Assembly: GCA_965287045.1 (NCBI GenBank)
Contig: OZ336899.1
Coordinates: 19,034,001 to 19,098,000, forward strand
Direction of reading: 5' to 3'
Origin: Carcharhinus amblyrhynchos
Lineage: Eukaryota
DNA: 64,000 bases
Numbering within the stretch: the stretch's first letter is position 1; every line of letters begins with the position of its first letter. The notes under the pieces are model-generated. The model had not been told where the DNA came from. It saw only the letters and a list, made by a program, of their open reading frames with translations, and ran no database searches. The position numbers were made by a program, and so were the translations under genes. This document shows, in pieces, positions 50,113 through 63,677 of this stretch.

Positions 50113-51409
50113 TCATGCGTGTTTGAGACTCACTGCCTGCAGCAGGGGTGCAAAGGTTCTGGTACCGAATACTGCCACAATTCTTAAGCCATATGCAGCA
50201 CTCGTGACATTGAGGCAGTAGTTCTTTTTGAACCACCCGTCCCAAACACTGTGCTACCAAGATACCAAACGCCCATGAGCGTCATCCTAACACCTCCTTA
50301 AAATAAAAATCCCTCTCCCTTTTCGCCATCCCAAATGTCACGTGATCAAATGACATGTGATCAAACTTCCAGGAACATGTCCGACCAGCACTGGCAATCC
50401 CAAAATTTTTGCACGAAGCCACACTATAATTCCCCGGAATACAAACTGTGATTCAGACAGTGATCCATTTATCACAGTCTTGGAGTCAGTTTCTCGGAGT
50501 CATATTTCAGTTTCTCCTAGTGTGGGAACAGCACATGAAGGAGCAATGCTCGGTGGCTCTCATATGCTTCCCAGATGCAAAAATAAATTACATTGTTCCT
50601 TCGTTAGTTAGGGGAGCGTTTAAGGGAAGTAATCCTCTTTGTATCTTTCTGGAAAAGGCTGGAAATGAGGAAATAGCAACAAAACATAAGCAGCTGATAC
50701 CTATATCCATTAGGATTATTGGATTATGTATTTTTATTTATTGTGAGAATGGAGACGATTGAATGCGTCAATACATAAGAGCAGACAGATTCTGCCAGAT
50801 ATGTAATAAATATTTGGCAGTTGCAGTAACCACGTGATATCATATCTGAGCCAAGTTGATGATAAATTAAATCCACTACCGCTTCCTCTCCAGACTGTTA
50901 GTCAGCACCCCAAGTGCCTGTGACATTAATAGCACCATCGCAGATATAAGAAATTAGCAGAAATTCAATCCTGTTCACTCCCCTCTGCTCCCCTGTGCCC
51001 CTAAAAGTACTGACTCACGCTGGGTACAGATCCCCAGGCATTGGCTACCATCCAATCCCTCACCAAACTGACCATTCTTGATGTGGGGCCTAGGCAGTGA
51101 GTGTTGGCAGGCCATTCTCCCGGGGGGGGGTAGTTCGCAGCTGCATTCTCCTGTCCTCACCGGCGCCCAAGCACGCAGACTTTCCTTCAGGAGTCATTCA
51201 ATGGCATTTGGGACTGAGAACCTCGCCTGGTGTTTCTCTTCACCCGGGTACAGAAGCTAGTTGGAATGTTCTTATTGCCCCCCTGTATTAGCTTGTCTAA
51301 GTCAGCATTGTGGACTAAGCTTGAAATCTTCCTGATTTATACAAAGTATTGGCAACAAATTAGCCTCATAGACCAGCTGCCTGCATTCATACAATTTCTG
51401 GATTGTAAC

Positions 51410-51758
51410 TTTTTTTTGTTCATTCATGGGACATGGGTGTCGCTAGCTGGGCCAGCATTTATTGCCCATCCCTAGTTGCCAGAAGCCAGCTGAGAGTCAA
51501 CCACACTGCTGTGGCTCCAGAGTCACATGTAAGCCAGACCAGGTAAGGACGATAGATTTCATTGCCTAAAGGGCATTGGTAAATCGGATGGGTTTTTCTG
51601 ACAATTGACAATGGTTTCATGATCATCAGTAGATTCTTAATTCCAGATATTTTTAAATCGGATTCAAATTCCACAACAGCCGTGGCGGGGTTTGAACCCG
51701 GGTCCCCAGAACATTAGCTGAGTTTCTGGATTAATAGTCTAGCGATCATACCACTCCC
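51410..51758 (-). mobile_element. tRNA-derived SINE family 2, near full length
   Basis: ttcattcatgggacatgggtgtcgctagctgggccagcatttattgcccatccc...gaacccgggtccccagaacattagctgagtttctggattaatagtctagcg. Confidence 0.82.
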
Positions 51759-52439
51759 TGATGTAACTGTTTATTGCCTTACCAGTTAGTTACATCCGTA
51801 ATATTCTGCACTGATTCTGACCATGGAGGGGTACAATATGTGAAATTAAAAGTGTTTAATATTATTGTACTGGGCTAGTTTGTAATCACTGAGGTTGAAA
51901 ACCTTTAACAAATTGCAAGTCAACCGGGCAATAAAATCGCCGAGGTACTAAATACCCATGAGACTTGTTGCAAACACCTCCTCAAAATAAATATAAAGCT
52001 TGTCAGAAGAGAACTTGCTAACGACAGATGTTTCATTTCATTGACACGACAAGCTACGCTGACATCCAGGCTATTGAAAGGAATGACAAGTATGACTCAA
52101 TGTAGCTGATGGGGTTTTACCATAACGCGTGTTACATTCCCATCTGTATTCAGTCGTGCAATCACAAAGTACAAGTCCCTGTCACTCAAAAAGCAATGGG
52201 GTCATGCGCAGGAGCCAGTAGGATGAAGGGGGCTGAAGTCAATGTGTACCCTAGACATTGGGGATGTGATCAGCTGTTTTCAGTTCAAGGCTTGTGCCTA
52301 CTAGGAAACACTGGGCCTCTGCACATTCCAAAATCCATTGAAGCCAATAGACAAAGTGCGAGGTTGGCAGACTGCGGCTCACAATGGTTACCTGTGAGCA
52401 TAACTCTGTGATGAGCAGCCTACCTCCTGACCCCACAAA

Positions 52440-52721
52440 GGGCAGCACAGTGGTTGCTACCTCACAGCACTAGGGACCCAGGTTCGATTCCCGGCTTAGG
52501 TCACTGTCTGTGTAGAGTCTGCACATTCTCTCAATGTCTGCGTGGGTTTCCTCTGGGCGCTCTGGTTTCCTCCACAGTCCAAAGATGTGCAGGTTAGGTG
52601 GATTGGACATGCTAAATTCTCCCTCAGTGCACCCGAACAGGCGCTGGAGCGTGATGATGAGGGGATTTTCACATTGCAATGTTAATATAAGCCTACTAGT
52701 GACTAATACATAAACTTTAAA
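52440..52721 (+). mobile_element. HE1-like V-SINE, tail B
   Basis: gggcagcacagtggttg...ggttcgattcccggc...gtgactaatacataaactttaaa. Confidence 0.85.
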
Positions 52722-53832
52722 TGGCCTCCTCCTTCCATGTTTCTATGTTTAAACATCTTCCCCTATCTACAAAGCTGAAGTAGGCAGTCTAATGGAACTC
52801 CATTCCTCTCAATTTGTGAGACCTTCCTGGATAATCAATTACATTGTCGCTACTTCTGCTCAACTCAACACCCATCCCTTCCACACACCGCGCACCACTC
52901 ACCCCCCCAGTGCAAACTGTATGATTTACAGACTACTCTGCAGTAAGTCTCCAAGGCTACCACTGTTAAAAAGGGCAAGAGATCACCAGAACGAGCCCGC
53001 TCTGGATGACACACCATTCTGATGTTTTCACACACTCCTTTTCCTACATCGGCACCATGCCACAATCTTGCCTGCTCAACACCATCATGAGATAATCATT
53101 AGTTTAATGACTGAAGTCATTCAAGAAGACCTACTAACACCACAACTAGGCCTCAGGATGAAGACAGCCCATGGAGTTCAGACCCAGGCTTTGGATGGAG
53201 ATGGATTGGGAGGACTTGGGGCAAGGAGAGGAGGTTGAGGGCAAGGGAGGAGGGTGTGGCTTTTGGAAACTGGGTGGAGAGGAACAAAAGGGGTTAACCT
53301 CTTGGGGAGGGTTCAACCTATCCATACAGGACACCCCCACAAATGATGTGTCCACCTTTTCCACAAAATTGTTTTAAAAATGGTCTTCTTATTCTCACCT
53401 GCCTGCCCATGCCAACCATACAGTAGCATCGGCAGCATAATATTCAGGTTAATTGATTTGGTAACAAACTCAATTGCTCATTTACTATTTATTTTGAAGT
53501 GGTGAGCGGGCTGCCAATAACAGTCCAGGCTGCCCATCATTTTATGGGGACAGTCTTAGGAGTAGGTGGACATGCGGTGGACTAACCACTCATCGTATTT
53601 TACAGTGCCTGTAAAATCCAGCAAATGAGTTCAATTCCCACAACAGCAGCTAGGAGAATTTAAATTCAATTAGTTAACTAAAAAATCCATCTCATTAGTA
53701 ATGATCACAAAATCCTGGAGAGTCAAAAACAAACCCACCAGGTTTACTAATGCCTTTCAGGTGAAAAAAATCTATCATCCCTTACCCAGTCTGGCCGATG
53801 TGTGACAGCAGTATGATTAACTCTCAGGATTA

Positions 53833-54109
53833 AGTATGTTTATTTATTAGTCACAAGTAAGGTTTACATTAACACTGCAATGAAGTTACAGTGAAATTCT
53901 CCTAGTCGCCACACGCTACAGTTCGGGTCAATGCACCAAACCAGCACATCTTTCAGACAGTGGGAGGAAACTGGAGCACCCAGAGGAAACGCATGCAAAC
54001 AAGGGGAGAACGTGCAAAATTCCACACAGACAGTGACCCAAGCTAGGAATCGAACCTGGGTCCCTGGCACTGTGAAGCAGCAGTGCCAACCACTATACTA
54101 CCATGCCGC
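53833..54109 (-). mobile_element. HE1-like V-SINE, tail B
   Basis: gtttatttattagtcacaagtaaggtttacattaacactgcaatgaagttac... reverse complement of the consensus. Confidence 0.85.
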
Positions 54110-54986
54110 ACTGTGGGCTAAGTGCTGGCAAGTGGTATTAGGGAGGAAGGTTAGGGCCTTTCATGCGTCGATGCAGACTCGATGGGCACAAGGATCTCTT
54201 CTGCACTGTAGTATTCTGTGATTCGGAGTGAGATTGAGTGTATCGAGTCAGGGGAGAGGGTTGGGTGTTCGGGGCAATCACACACGTCAGGCGAAATGCA
54301 CGGATTGAATAAGATCAATTTCTGTCAGTGGAAATGTCCACATCAGCAAATCAATGCCTTTGCTGAGACAAGGAATTATCTGATGGATAATGAAGGACGG
54401 CCAACATTCCAGGGATACACATGGTTGGCAAGCAGCCACAACATGGGTGATGAGGCAGCAGATGCCATGCCAGCACCAGACGCAATGCACTGGGAGTAAA
54501 TTAATGGCTGGAGCCTGATGGAGATTTGCTGCCCTCAGAGATTACGTCAGGAGTCTATCCCAGCACGTTCCCTGCTTGGGGCCTCATCAATCTCTTTTCA
54601 AGGGCTGTGATGTGCCAGTAAAGGGGCAAGATAAAGACCAGGCAAGAATGAGAAATCAGCAGTAACCCTGCTCCTTTAGCCAGGAGGATGAACGTGATGG
54701 AGTGCAGATCCTCCCAGCGGAGTACAGTTGCTGTCAGTGGGCTTGTCATTGTAAAAACAGCATTCTGTTTCAGAGGGATTTTGTTCTACCAAAGTTCAGC
54801 ATTCTGAACTGGAATGTCGTTTCTACTACACTTCCTTAAATGCTGGGAAACACAGTTACAAAAGCTGCACCCAATTTTACAAACCACACATTTTCAACTC
54901 TTCATTTCTTTGTTTAATGAGATATATCATTTTCATAATGTTTTGAACCCCACCCCCCTCCACAGAAAGCCATCGTCTCATCACAT

Positions 54987-55172
54987 GGAAATCATCAAAA
55001 CTCTACATTGCAGAAGGAGGCCGTTCAGCCCATCGGGTCTGCACTGACAAAAAAAGTCCCACCCAGGGCCTATCCCTGTAACCCCACATATTTACCTCTG
55101 ACCTACGTATCCCAGGACACTAAGGGGCAACTTACCTTGGCCAATGCACCTAACCTGCACACCTTTGGACAT
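54987..55172 (-). mobile_element. HE1-like V-SINE 3' fragment, tail A
   Basis: ctacattgcagaaggaggccgttcagcccatcg...gacactaaggggcaa. Confidence 0.78.
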
Positions 55173-57262
55173 TTGCTGGATTGCACTGAACAGTCAAAGG
55201 GCTGCACATCCATGTACACAAATCACTTACATCTAGTCTACAGGTATAAAACATAATCAAAAAGACTAGTGGAATGCTAGCCTTTATCTCAAGGCAGTCA
55301 GAATACAGATGGAAAGACTTCATGAACCTAGTGTGTAAAAATCAAGGTCTATGGAATTACAGTTAATGTTAAAGTTGGTTATTTAAAAGTAATCAGTATA
55401 ATACTGGTATATGTAGAACCTGCCTATAATCTGGTATTTTAAAAAAATGTATAAAACCGTACAACTAATGTCAGTATAGATTGAGTGTGAAAAGAGTGAT
55501 TCTAAAACTAGTAAACTAGACGAATATACGGCGAGAGCCAGACATATTTCACTTGTAATCATTAAACGTTCCTTAATTATGACAATATTTTGTTGGTGTC
55601 CCTCAAGCTGGAAAGGTGCCAGCAGGCAGTTTGCCAACGGTAACATTAGATTTGCAGCTGGCAAGTAGCCCACTAGTAAAGCGTTGATTCAATCCGCCAC
55701 ACTGTATCGTGCGTCATTAGGGGCACAGATATTCCACTGCGATTGTCCGCCAGGTGACTGCTGGCTCTGAAGGAAGACATGGTCCAAGCGACGATGGCTG
55801 TCCTGCAGGGCACAAGCAATCCAAAACACCACATCTCCTGGGTAATCGTCTTACCAGTGAACACCAAACATCTGTAGAATTATATGCATTACAGTATACA
55901 CTTGGGAAGGATTGCTCCCAAATTCACATTTTTTAATTAAGTAGATAATTAAGTAACGCAAGACTGTAATATTCCGGAATTATCTTGGAACCAGACGGCA
56001 CTGAATGAAGCCATTCAGCCCATCATGCTGGTGCCAGCTTCTTGAGAGAGTTGTCCAATTAATTCCACTGCTAGCTCTTTTCCCATAGCCCTGCACATTG
56101 GTTTATCTAATTCCCTCTTGGCGGTTACTGTTGAATCATGTTTCATCACCCTTTCAGGCGGAACATTCCAGATCTCTCTGAGTTTGTCCAAGGGCTAAAT
56201 TGAAGAATGTTTTTCTTTGCATTGTTGGACTAGAGAACAATACAGTGATATCAGCAGGCATGATACCTGGGATCATGAATTACAGTGCAATTTCCTACAG
56301 TAAAATACATATTTACATTGCGCGCCCACTTTTACTTGAACTGCGTTGGTCATCAGTGCATTGGAGCAACAACTGGCAGAGGGAAATCTCATTGTGTGGT
56401 GTTGATGTTAGCGTGCGGATATTTTCCGTTATAAAGTTAGCGCACGATTCACCACAACACAAACTGCACAAAGGCGACTGCCTAACAGCTTCAGATCTCT
56501 GGGTGCAGATTGTTCTGGATTGGGGCGGGGGCGGCAGGGGGTGGGATTGGTCCCACATAGACAGGCAATGAAACAACAACATTACTGAGAATATGATATC
56601 CAGTACACAGCTGATCACTGTTCCAGATGAATCATTATTCCTATAGTGGCTGTAAGCAGCTCATTTATGTCACAGCACTGAAATCAGTGCATTCCCCTAC
56701 ACCTGTGCAGACATTACCCTTTCCCTCCCATGATAGACAAGGAACAACGGTCTTACCTAAACAAAATTCTAATTATTACACATAATCTTTGACCATGATA
56801 ACCACTACTATGTGTGGTTCTCCTTCTGGTAACAAAGAGTAAGAGCAAGGGGTAGAATCATAGAATGGTTATGGCACAGCAGGAGGCCATGTGGTCCATC
56901 ATGCCTTCCGATCCCGCCAGTGGGAAAGGCCGGAAAATCCCACCCTATGTTACTGTTTATTTAGCCAAGGTTCCAAATGCTTTTCATCATCTTCTCAACC
57001 TGTCCTGGCACCTTCAATGATACGTGACATATATCCATGGCTGTTCAGAGGTAGATTGCTGTCTCATTTTCATATAATCAAACAATGATGCAACATGGAG
57101 GAAGACCATTTGGCCCCTTGTGCCTATATCGGCTCTTTGAACCCACTATACAATCAGTCGCTTCCCTCTGCCCTTTCCCTAAAGACTTGCAAAACCTCCC
57201 CCCTTCAAGTATTTATCCAGTTCCCTTTTGAAAGTTATTACTGAATCTTCTTCCACTTGTAT

Positions 57263-57450
57263 AGATGTGCGGGTTAGGTTGATTGGCCATGCTGAATTGC
57301 CCCTCAGTGTCCTGGGATGTGTAGGTTCGAGGGATTAGCGGGGTAAATGTGTGGGATAGTGGGGATAAGGCCTGGAGTGGGATTGTTGTTGGTACAGACT
57401 TGATGGGCTGAATGGCTCCTTCTGCACTAAGGTTTCTATGGGTTTCTATG
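57263..57450 (+). mobile_element. HE1-like V-SINE 3' fragment, tail A
   Basis: agatgtgcgggttaggttgattggccatgc...ggtttctatgggtttctatg. Confidence 0.8.
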
Positions 57451-57550
57451 TATAATGACATGGAGATGCTATTGTTGGACTGGGGTAAACACAGTAAGAA
57501 GTCTCAGAACACCAGGTTAAAGTCCAACAGGTTTATTTGGTAGCAAAAGC

Positions 57551-57585
57551 CACTAGCTTTTGGAGTGCTGCTCCTTCGTCAGGTG
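57551..57585 (-). ncRNA. Minimal hammerhead motif with G12->A core change
   Basis: Minus strand cac CTGACGA aggagcagcactcc AAAA gcta gtg. Confidence 0.55.
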
Positions 57586-57591
57586 AGTCCT

Positions 57592-57630
57592 CACCTGATG
57601 AAGGGGCAGCAAGCACTCTGAAAGCTAGTG
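57592..57630 (+). ncRNA. Minimal type-I hammerhead ribozyme motif, core intact
   Basis: cac CTGATGA aggggcagcaagcactct GAAA gcta gtg. Stem I cac/gtg, weak stem II, palindromic AGCT in place of stem III, putative CUA cleavage site. Confidence 0.6.
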
Positions 57631-58109
57631 GCTCTTGCTACCAAATAAATCTGGACTACCTGGTGTTGTGAAACTTCTTATTGTTTCTAAGTATAGCCAG
57701 TAAAAATCCATGTCATAACAACTTTTGTAAGATTCTCCTGTCCCTCTCTCTGTTTCTTTGCCCGTTATCTCAAATCTGTTCCCTTAATTGTTGGTCTGGA
57801 GCTGGATACTGGTCACTTATTTTGCATTGTGAAACATATTTCCCACTGGCGCAATTTGCTCCTTTGATAACTTGTTGTGAACCAGTCCTTACTCACAGGG
57901 ATGCTGGATTCCCTGCTGGATGAGAATGAGCAGATGAACATTCTGTGTTGATTAAAGCTGTGTGTAAATGAGGCTATGTGACAGCCCCACCCTCTTCTGT
58001 TTCTTTCAAACCCCACGGTGATATTTTATTAAAATAACTGTAGTCAAATCCAATCGTCAGAAGCTAGTCCTGATCCAAACCTGGATTGTTAATTCCCCGC
58101 TGATCTACC

Positions 58110-58292
58110 CCAAGAGATGGCTTAGCACACTTGATAGCTTTTCTGCCTCTAGTTAAAAGAAGTTGTGGGTTCAAGTCCCATGATGGATTTGAGCACAACA
58201 CCAAGGCTGGCACTCCAGTGTAATACTGAAAGGGCTCTGCTTCAGTAGAGATGCTGTCTTTCATATGGAACCTTGAATGAAGGCCACAGCTT
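58110..58292 (+). mobile_element. Deu-type SINE 5' part
   Basis: aagttgtgggttcaagtccca (B box)...ggctggcactccagtgtaatactgaaaggg. Confidence 0.6.
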
Positions 58293-59776
58293 GGGAGCGT
58301 TGTGCAGAGGGTGGCATGATGGGGTCCCTTGTTCAAAGGCACTCCAAGTCTGATTGAGGGACTCAGCATTGGCGGGTGGGTGAGGTTACTGCTGAAAGCC
58401 AATCCCCTACACTTGTCTCTGATGCCCTCTCCCTACCATGTCACTGGTTCTGCCATCCTCAATCACCTTTAGCCTCAGATCCCTCATTGATTCTGTGTCT
58501 CTGGTGGTCAGATGGGAGCATGGCCAACAGCTACCACCACACTGAGTGAGCTGCCAGCCTCTGGTTGGCTGGCAGCTCTTGGGGCTGAGATTTCCATTCC
58601 TTGGGGACCTTAATCCTGGAGAAGACCTGATGCCAGCCATGTAAATGCTGGCTGGGCACCTAATTTTGGTGGGCCTCCCCCAATGGTGACCAATGGGCAA
58701 GGCCATTATTGCAAACATTAAACTTCATCCTCTATGGAAGCTATGGTATGTATATACCATGACTGGGGAGTTATGAATGAGCTAAATATTGTTTTGCATT
58801 GCCACCAGAGATAGAGGACAGGATTTTCTGCACCGCCTAGCCCCCACCCCATCCCACCCCCCAATATAGTGTGGGGGGGGGGGGGCAGAAGAGGCTTGCC
58901 ATTAGCTGCCAGTGGGATCTTCCAGTCCTGTCCATGTCAGCGGTGTTTTGTGTGGCTCGTCAGTCATGCCGCCACAGAACCCGCCACAGGCAAGACTGGA
59001 AGACCCCACCAGCAGCGAGGGCTGGAAACTTCAGCTGAGAATTTCCCTGATCGCCCTCCACAGCTGGAGATAAAAGACATTGAACCTTCTAACTGCACAT
59101 TCACACCTGAATCCCCAGAAAATATTCTGGATGAAACTTTAGCCTTTGGAACATTTCCTCTTGCCCAAAGCAACCGAATGGTAACTTCTGAATTCTGACT
59201 GAAATCAACAGTAGCCCCAGAAATGTATTCTTTCTAAAACATCTCGCTGGGTCTCACATCAAAGCTGCTAAATGTTCAGCATAACCAGCAATACATGGGG
59301 ACTGACTACTGGCAGTTTGGAAGTACAGCTCAGAATTCCAGGAATGTTTTCTTTTTTAAAAACATACCTTTCCCAATTCCACAGAGGAACCCTGAGTAAC
59401 TAATACTTTCCCAAACTTCCCACTGAGTCAACTTTCAACACTTGTGGTACATGCAGCAATATTACTCATCTGGTCAACATTTTTACCAGATGTTTGACTC
59501 CTGATTAACTGCTTTGCTTCTTTCTCCACATGTTCAAGGGTCTCTGCTTCATCATTCAGTGCACACGGTGCCGTAAACATGTCCAACTCCATAAACTTAG
59601 TCCTGTCGCTGCAGTCCGACACAATTGTTATAATTGGCTGTTCACTCACTGAGCAAAGGAGGAAACTGGAGTTAATCTTTCCTTAACGTAGCTTCATTCA
59701 CATAACCTTGAGAACACGGAACAGACTCCCTTTTCTGCCACACCACTCCCCCCCCCCCCCCTCCACCCCCACCCCG

Positions 59777-60319
59777 AAAAGCCCAACAATGCCATTGCTT
59801 TCTCAGGGGACTAAGGAAATTTACCATGTCTTCTACAGATGCACCATAGAAAGCATTCTTTCTGGTTGTATCACAACTTGGTATGGCTCTTGCTCTGCCC
59901 AAGACCGCGAGGAACTACAAAGGGTAGAATGTAGCCCAATCCATCACGCAAACCAGCCTTCCATCCATTAACTTTGCCTACACTTCCCGATACCTCAATA
60001 AAGCAGCCAGCATAATTAAGGACCCCACGCACCCTGGACATTCTCTCTTTTACTCTCTTCCGTCGGGAAAAAGATACAAAAGTCTGAGGTCACATACCAA
60101 CAGACTCAAAAACTGCTTCTTCCCTGCTGCTGTCAGACTTTTGGATGGACTTACCTCACTAAATTGATCTTTCTCTATACCCTAGCTATGACTGTAACAC
60201 TACATTCTTCACTCACTCCTTTCCTTCTCTGTGTAGAGTATGCTTTGTCTGTATAGTGCACCAGAAACAATACTTTTCACTGTATATTAATATATGTGGC
60301 AATAATAAATCAAATCAAA
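59777..60319 (+). mobile_element. Rex1/Babar-like retrotransposon 3' fragment
   Basis: FYRCTIESILSGCITTWYGSCSAQDREELQR, collinear with 45590-46124. aataaatcaaatcaaa tail. Confidence 0.85.
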
Positions 60320-60518
60320 GGTAGAAACTGGTTCTTATATATAGGTAAGAATAATGCGCTATCCTTTCCCCAGTCAGTAACAAAAGCTCTCACTCAAAAT
60401 TAGAGCATGCCCTTCGTTGTGAAGCGTTGCAACGTTAATGTTAATATCTACTTCTATATGAAGCTCTCTCCCTTCCCTTTACACCATCTTCTATCTACTC
60501 ATGTTACATCTTTGTTTT

Positions 60519-60739
60519 GGGCAGGATTTTCTGGCCCCCTTATGGCATGTTTTCCAGCAGCAGAGGTGGCTTGCAATTGGATGCCGCTGGGATCTTCCAG
60601 TCCCGTCGATGTATACAGTGATTTGTGTGACTTACCCATCCCACTGCCAGGTAGCCTGCTGTTTGCGGGGTAGTGGGGAGGTCACCTTTTGTGGGATCGG
60701 AAGATTCCGTCAGCGGGGGAGGGCCGGAAAATCCCGCCC
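60519..60739. mobile_element. MITE (221 bp), possibly PIF/Harbinger-type
   Basis: 19-bp TIR gggcaggattttctggccc / gggccggaaaatcccgccc (2 mismatches), with ttt on both flanks. Related decayed copies at ~47385-47498, 56908-56946 and 58816-59050. Confidence 0.7.
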
Positions 60740-63464
60740 TTTGGTTCAGCTCCGGCTGTTGTTTTTATTCCGTATTCATTTAGAGTCATGCAGCACAGGG
60801 AGTGGCCATTCAGCCCATCGTGTCGGTATCATCTCTCTGAAAAAAGCTATCCAGTTCATCCTACACCCTTGTTCCTTTGTCCCAGTCCTTCTTCAGATTT
60901 TCCCTTCCTAGTCCCATTTGTTTGACCTGTTTGCGAGTGCCCTAACAGAACGGAGTGGAACAGTTTACATTAGCAATTCCCTTTGTCCATGCGGACATTG
61001 GAATTTATGATCGGAAAAGCTGATGCCAAAGTGTGGCAAATTACATAATGTTAAAATTTATTTATTAGTCACAGGTAAGGCTTACATTAAAATTGCAATG
61101 AAGTTACTGTGAATTTCCCCTAGTTGACAACAGGAATTAGATCAGAAATGCTCACAGCCGTTAAGATCTATAAATAATAGAGAAAGTACATTGGCTTTAA
61201 GAGCACCTTAAGTAACGCTGCCGGTTATCACTGCTCGTGATGACTGTGATAACTGAGAGACAACAAATGCCTCCACTAAAAATGGTATACAATGTTAAGA
61301 GGTGGTTTTACCCATGCCTTGGCAGGCACAGTTATGCCAGACTGGCAAACAATTTAGTCTGTCCGGCCTTTCTTCCGACAAGGGTTTCCAACAAAAACCT
61401 TTCTCACAAGGAGCTGCGTGTGTGCTGTTGTCTCTGTTATTTCTGGGGTTCAGAAATCTGGCACAAGTGATGAGGATCCCAGAACATCGGAAGCCTAACA
61501 TCATCCCTACCAGAACGGAAAATACATGAAAGGGGAGAAAGCCTGTTAGAGAAACGCCACATCATAATGACAAGCTGAAGCAAAGAGTTGCTCAAGATAA
61601 TGGAATGCACTGAATAATGCTTTCTTTTGAAGGCTTGAAGAAAATCAACCAACCAGCCCTGTTTCCTGTTGGAAATCTTATTTGAGCAAAACATGGCCCA
61701 CCTCCAGCTGACAAAACACTAAGGCATTACCACAATTAGAATGAATGATCAAGTCTCCCAAGAGGCCACTTGCTGCTGGGTGGTCTTGAGACCCCAGAGA
61801 TTAAAGTCCCATCTCCAACCGTGCAAACAACCTAGGTGAAAAATAATAAGGGTACTAAAAGAAATTGTGCTTTGTAAAAAGATCAGCCAAGGTCTTGTTG
61901 AATGGTCAAGCAGGCTTGAGGGGCTGAATGGCCTACTTCTGTTCCTATTTCGTGTGTTTGTATTCTTTGAATACTTTCGTTTATTAGTTATAAAAATTCA
62001 GACATCAGGAAAAGGGCAGCTTGATTGAAAAACATCAGGAAGCACCGGTCTGTTAATGAAGAGTCTGTTTGTGTTCCAATTAGTGTGGGAAGACAGGACG
62101 CTGTGAATGTGGACATGTTGGGTGGGAGTATGAGGGTGGTTGTTTCGAGGGAGGTTATGTGATCACACCTCCAGCAATAGGCCCAATCATCACTGGCAAC
62201 TCTGCTGAGCACTGAGAGTGACTTATTTAAATATTTAAGTTTACAATGTTGAGAATCAAGGTCTTGCATCTGGAATGTAGTGATCAGTCCTCTGGCAGTG
62301 ACGTAAATCTTCTTCTTCTTGCGTTCTCTGCCCAAAGGCAGCACTCAGCGCCACAATCTCCACCATGGGTAGGGCACGGGGGCAGGTCCCAAATCCACCC
62401 CAGACAGAAATGGGGGTTGAACCCCCATCTGTCAGTCTGATCCATGTCAGTTGTCCAGCCAACTGAGCCAAATGGCCTTGCAGGAGTCTGAGCTGCAGTG
62501 GCAACATACACTCTTACATGCATGTTGTGGCCTGGAGTTATGGAGAGTGATGGTAGAGGCTTCCACTCTTACAGCCTGCCTTTGGTGTACATTGGAAAGA
62601 TTTTCACGTTGACACTCAAACCTGCTTGGCTGCATTATGAGTGCACCTTCCTTGGACATCAAGTCCTGGAGTTGAACTTGAACCTGGAGCTCTTGATTCA
62701 GAGACAGGGACACCAGCTAATGTGCCACAAGACCTCCACTTTGACTTAAAACTAAAGATTTGAAAATAGGATGTACTGTATGTGCTTTCTCATGCAGGGA
62801 GCTCTGGAGTGCTGCCTCTTGGAGAACAAGGACGAGGAAGGAAACTGGACAAATATTTTAATGGAGATTCTAGTTGGACTTTAGCTCTGAGAGTAAATGT
62901 GTGAGAAAGGATTAATTATTAGCAGCCTTCACTGCAGTGGTGGATACATCCTGTGGCAAGTCAACAGAAAGTGGTCATCCCAGACTGCCACTTCCTGGCC
63001 GCCACTGGCAGGGTGGTAAAGCTCACCACTACACCACTGCATTCAACACAGTGTGACTGCAATCCCAGTCATTGTGTGCAGCTGACTCAAGATCAAGATA
63101 GAAAACCACTCAAGATCTCCTACTCATGATTCCAGTCAAGTCTCAACCATTTCTTGTTGTGCCTTCAAGGACACACAAATAACAGCAAAACCACCTTTCT
63201 AACACACAGAACAGTTCACCAAACCTTTGCGAAATGAATATTCAGCGTCTCCCACAGAGCAACGTGGGAGAAGGGTGGTTCATCTTTTGATTTTATGATA
63301 CATCTATTTTATATTTAGCAGCATACATTATAAACATAACCATGATTACAAAAGAACAATCAGGAAAATTTAATTTGTATACTGGATATCTCAAGTCAGG
63401 AATGCCACAAAACATAACAAAGAGTTTCTACGATTTATGATTATTCTGCTGCTAAGGTGTAGCT

Positions 63465-63677
63465 ATACGGCTACCCCAAAGTGCGGTGGATGCTGGGACA
63501 GTGAGTAAATGTAAGGAGGAGTTAGACAGATTTTTAATTGGTAATGGGTTGAAGGGTTATGGGGAGAAGGTAGGAAAATGGGGATGAGGGGCGTATCAGT
63601 AATGATCAAATAGTGGAGCGGACTCGATGGGCCGATTGGTCTAATTCTGCTCCCATATCTTATGAACTTTAAGTTCA
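63465..63677 (+). mobile_element. CR1 LINE 3' fragment
   Basis: gctaccccaaagtgcggtggatgctgggacagtgagtaaatgtaaggaggagttagacag...cccatatcttatgaactt. Confidence 0.8.

Larger units (their letters stand above)
57459..57684. mobile_element. Palindromic Penelope-pLTR-derived element with two minimal hammerhead motifs
   Basis: Arms ~57491-57587 and 57590-57684 are inverted copies around a 2-nt spacer, and match the Penelope terminus at 1508-1588. Confidence 0.8.
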
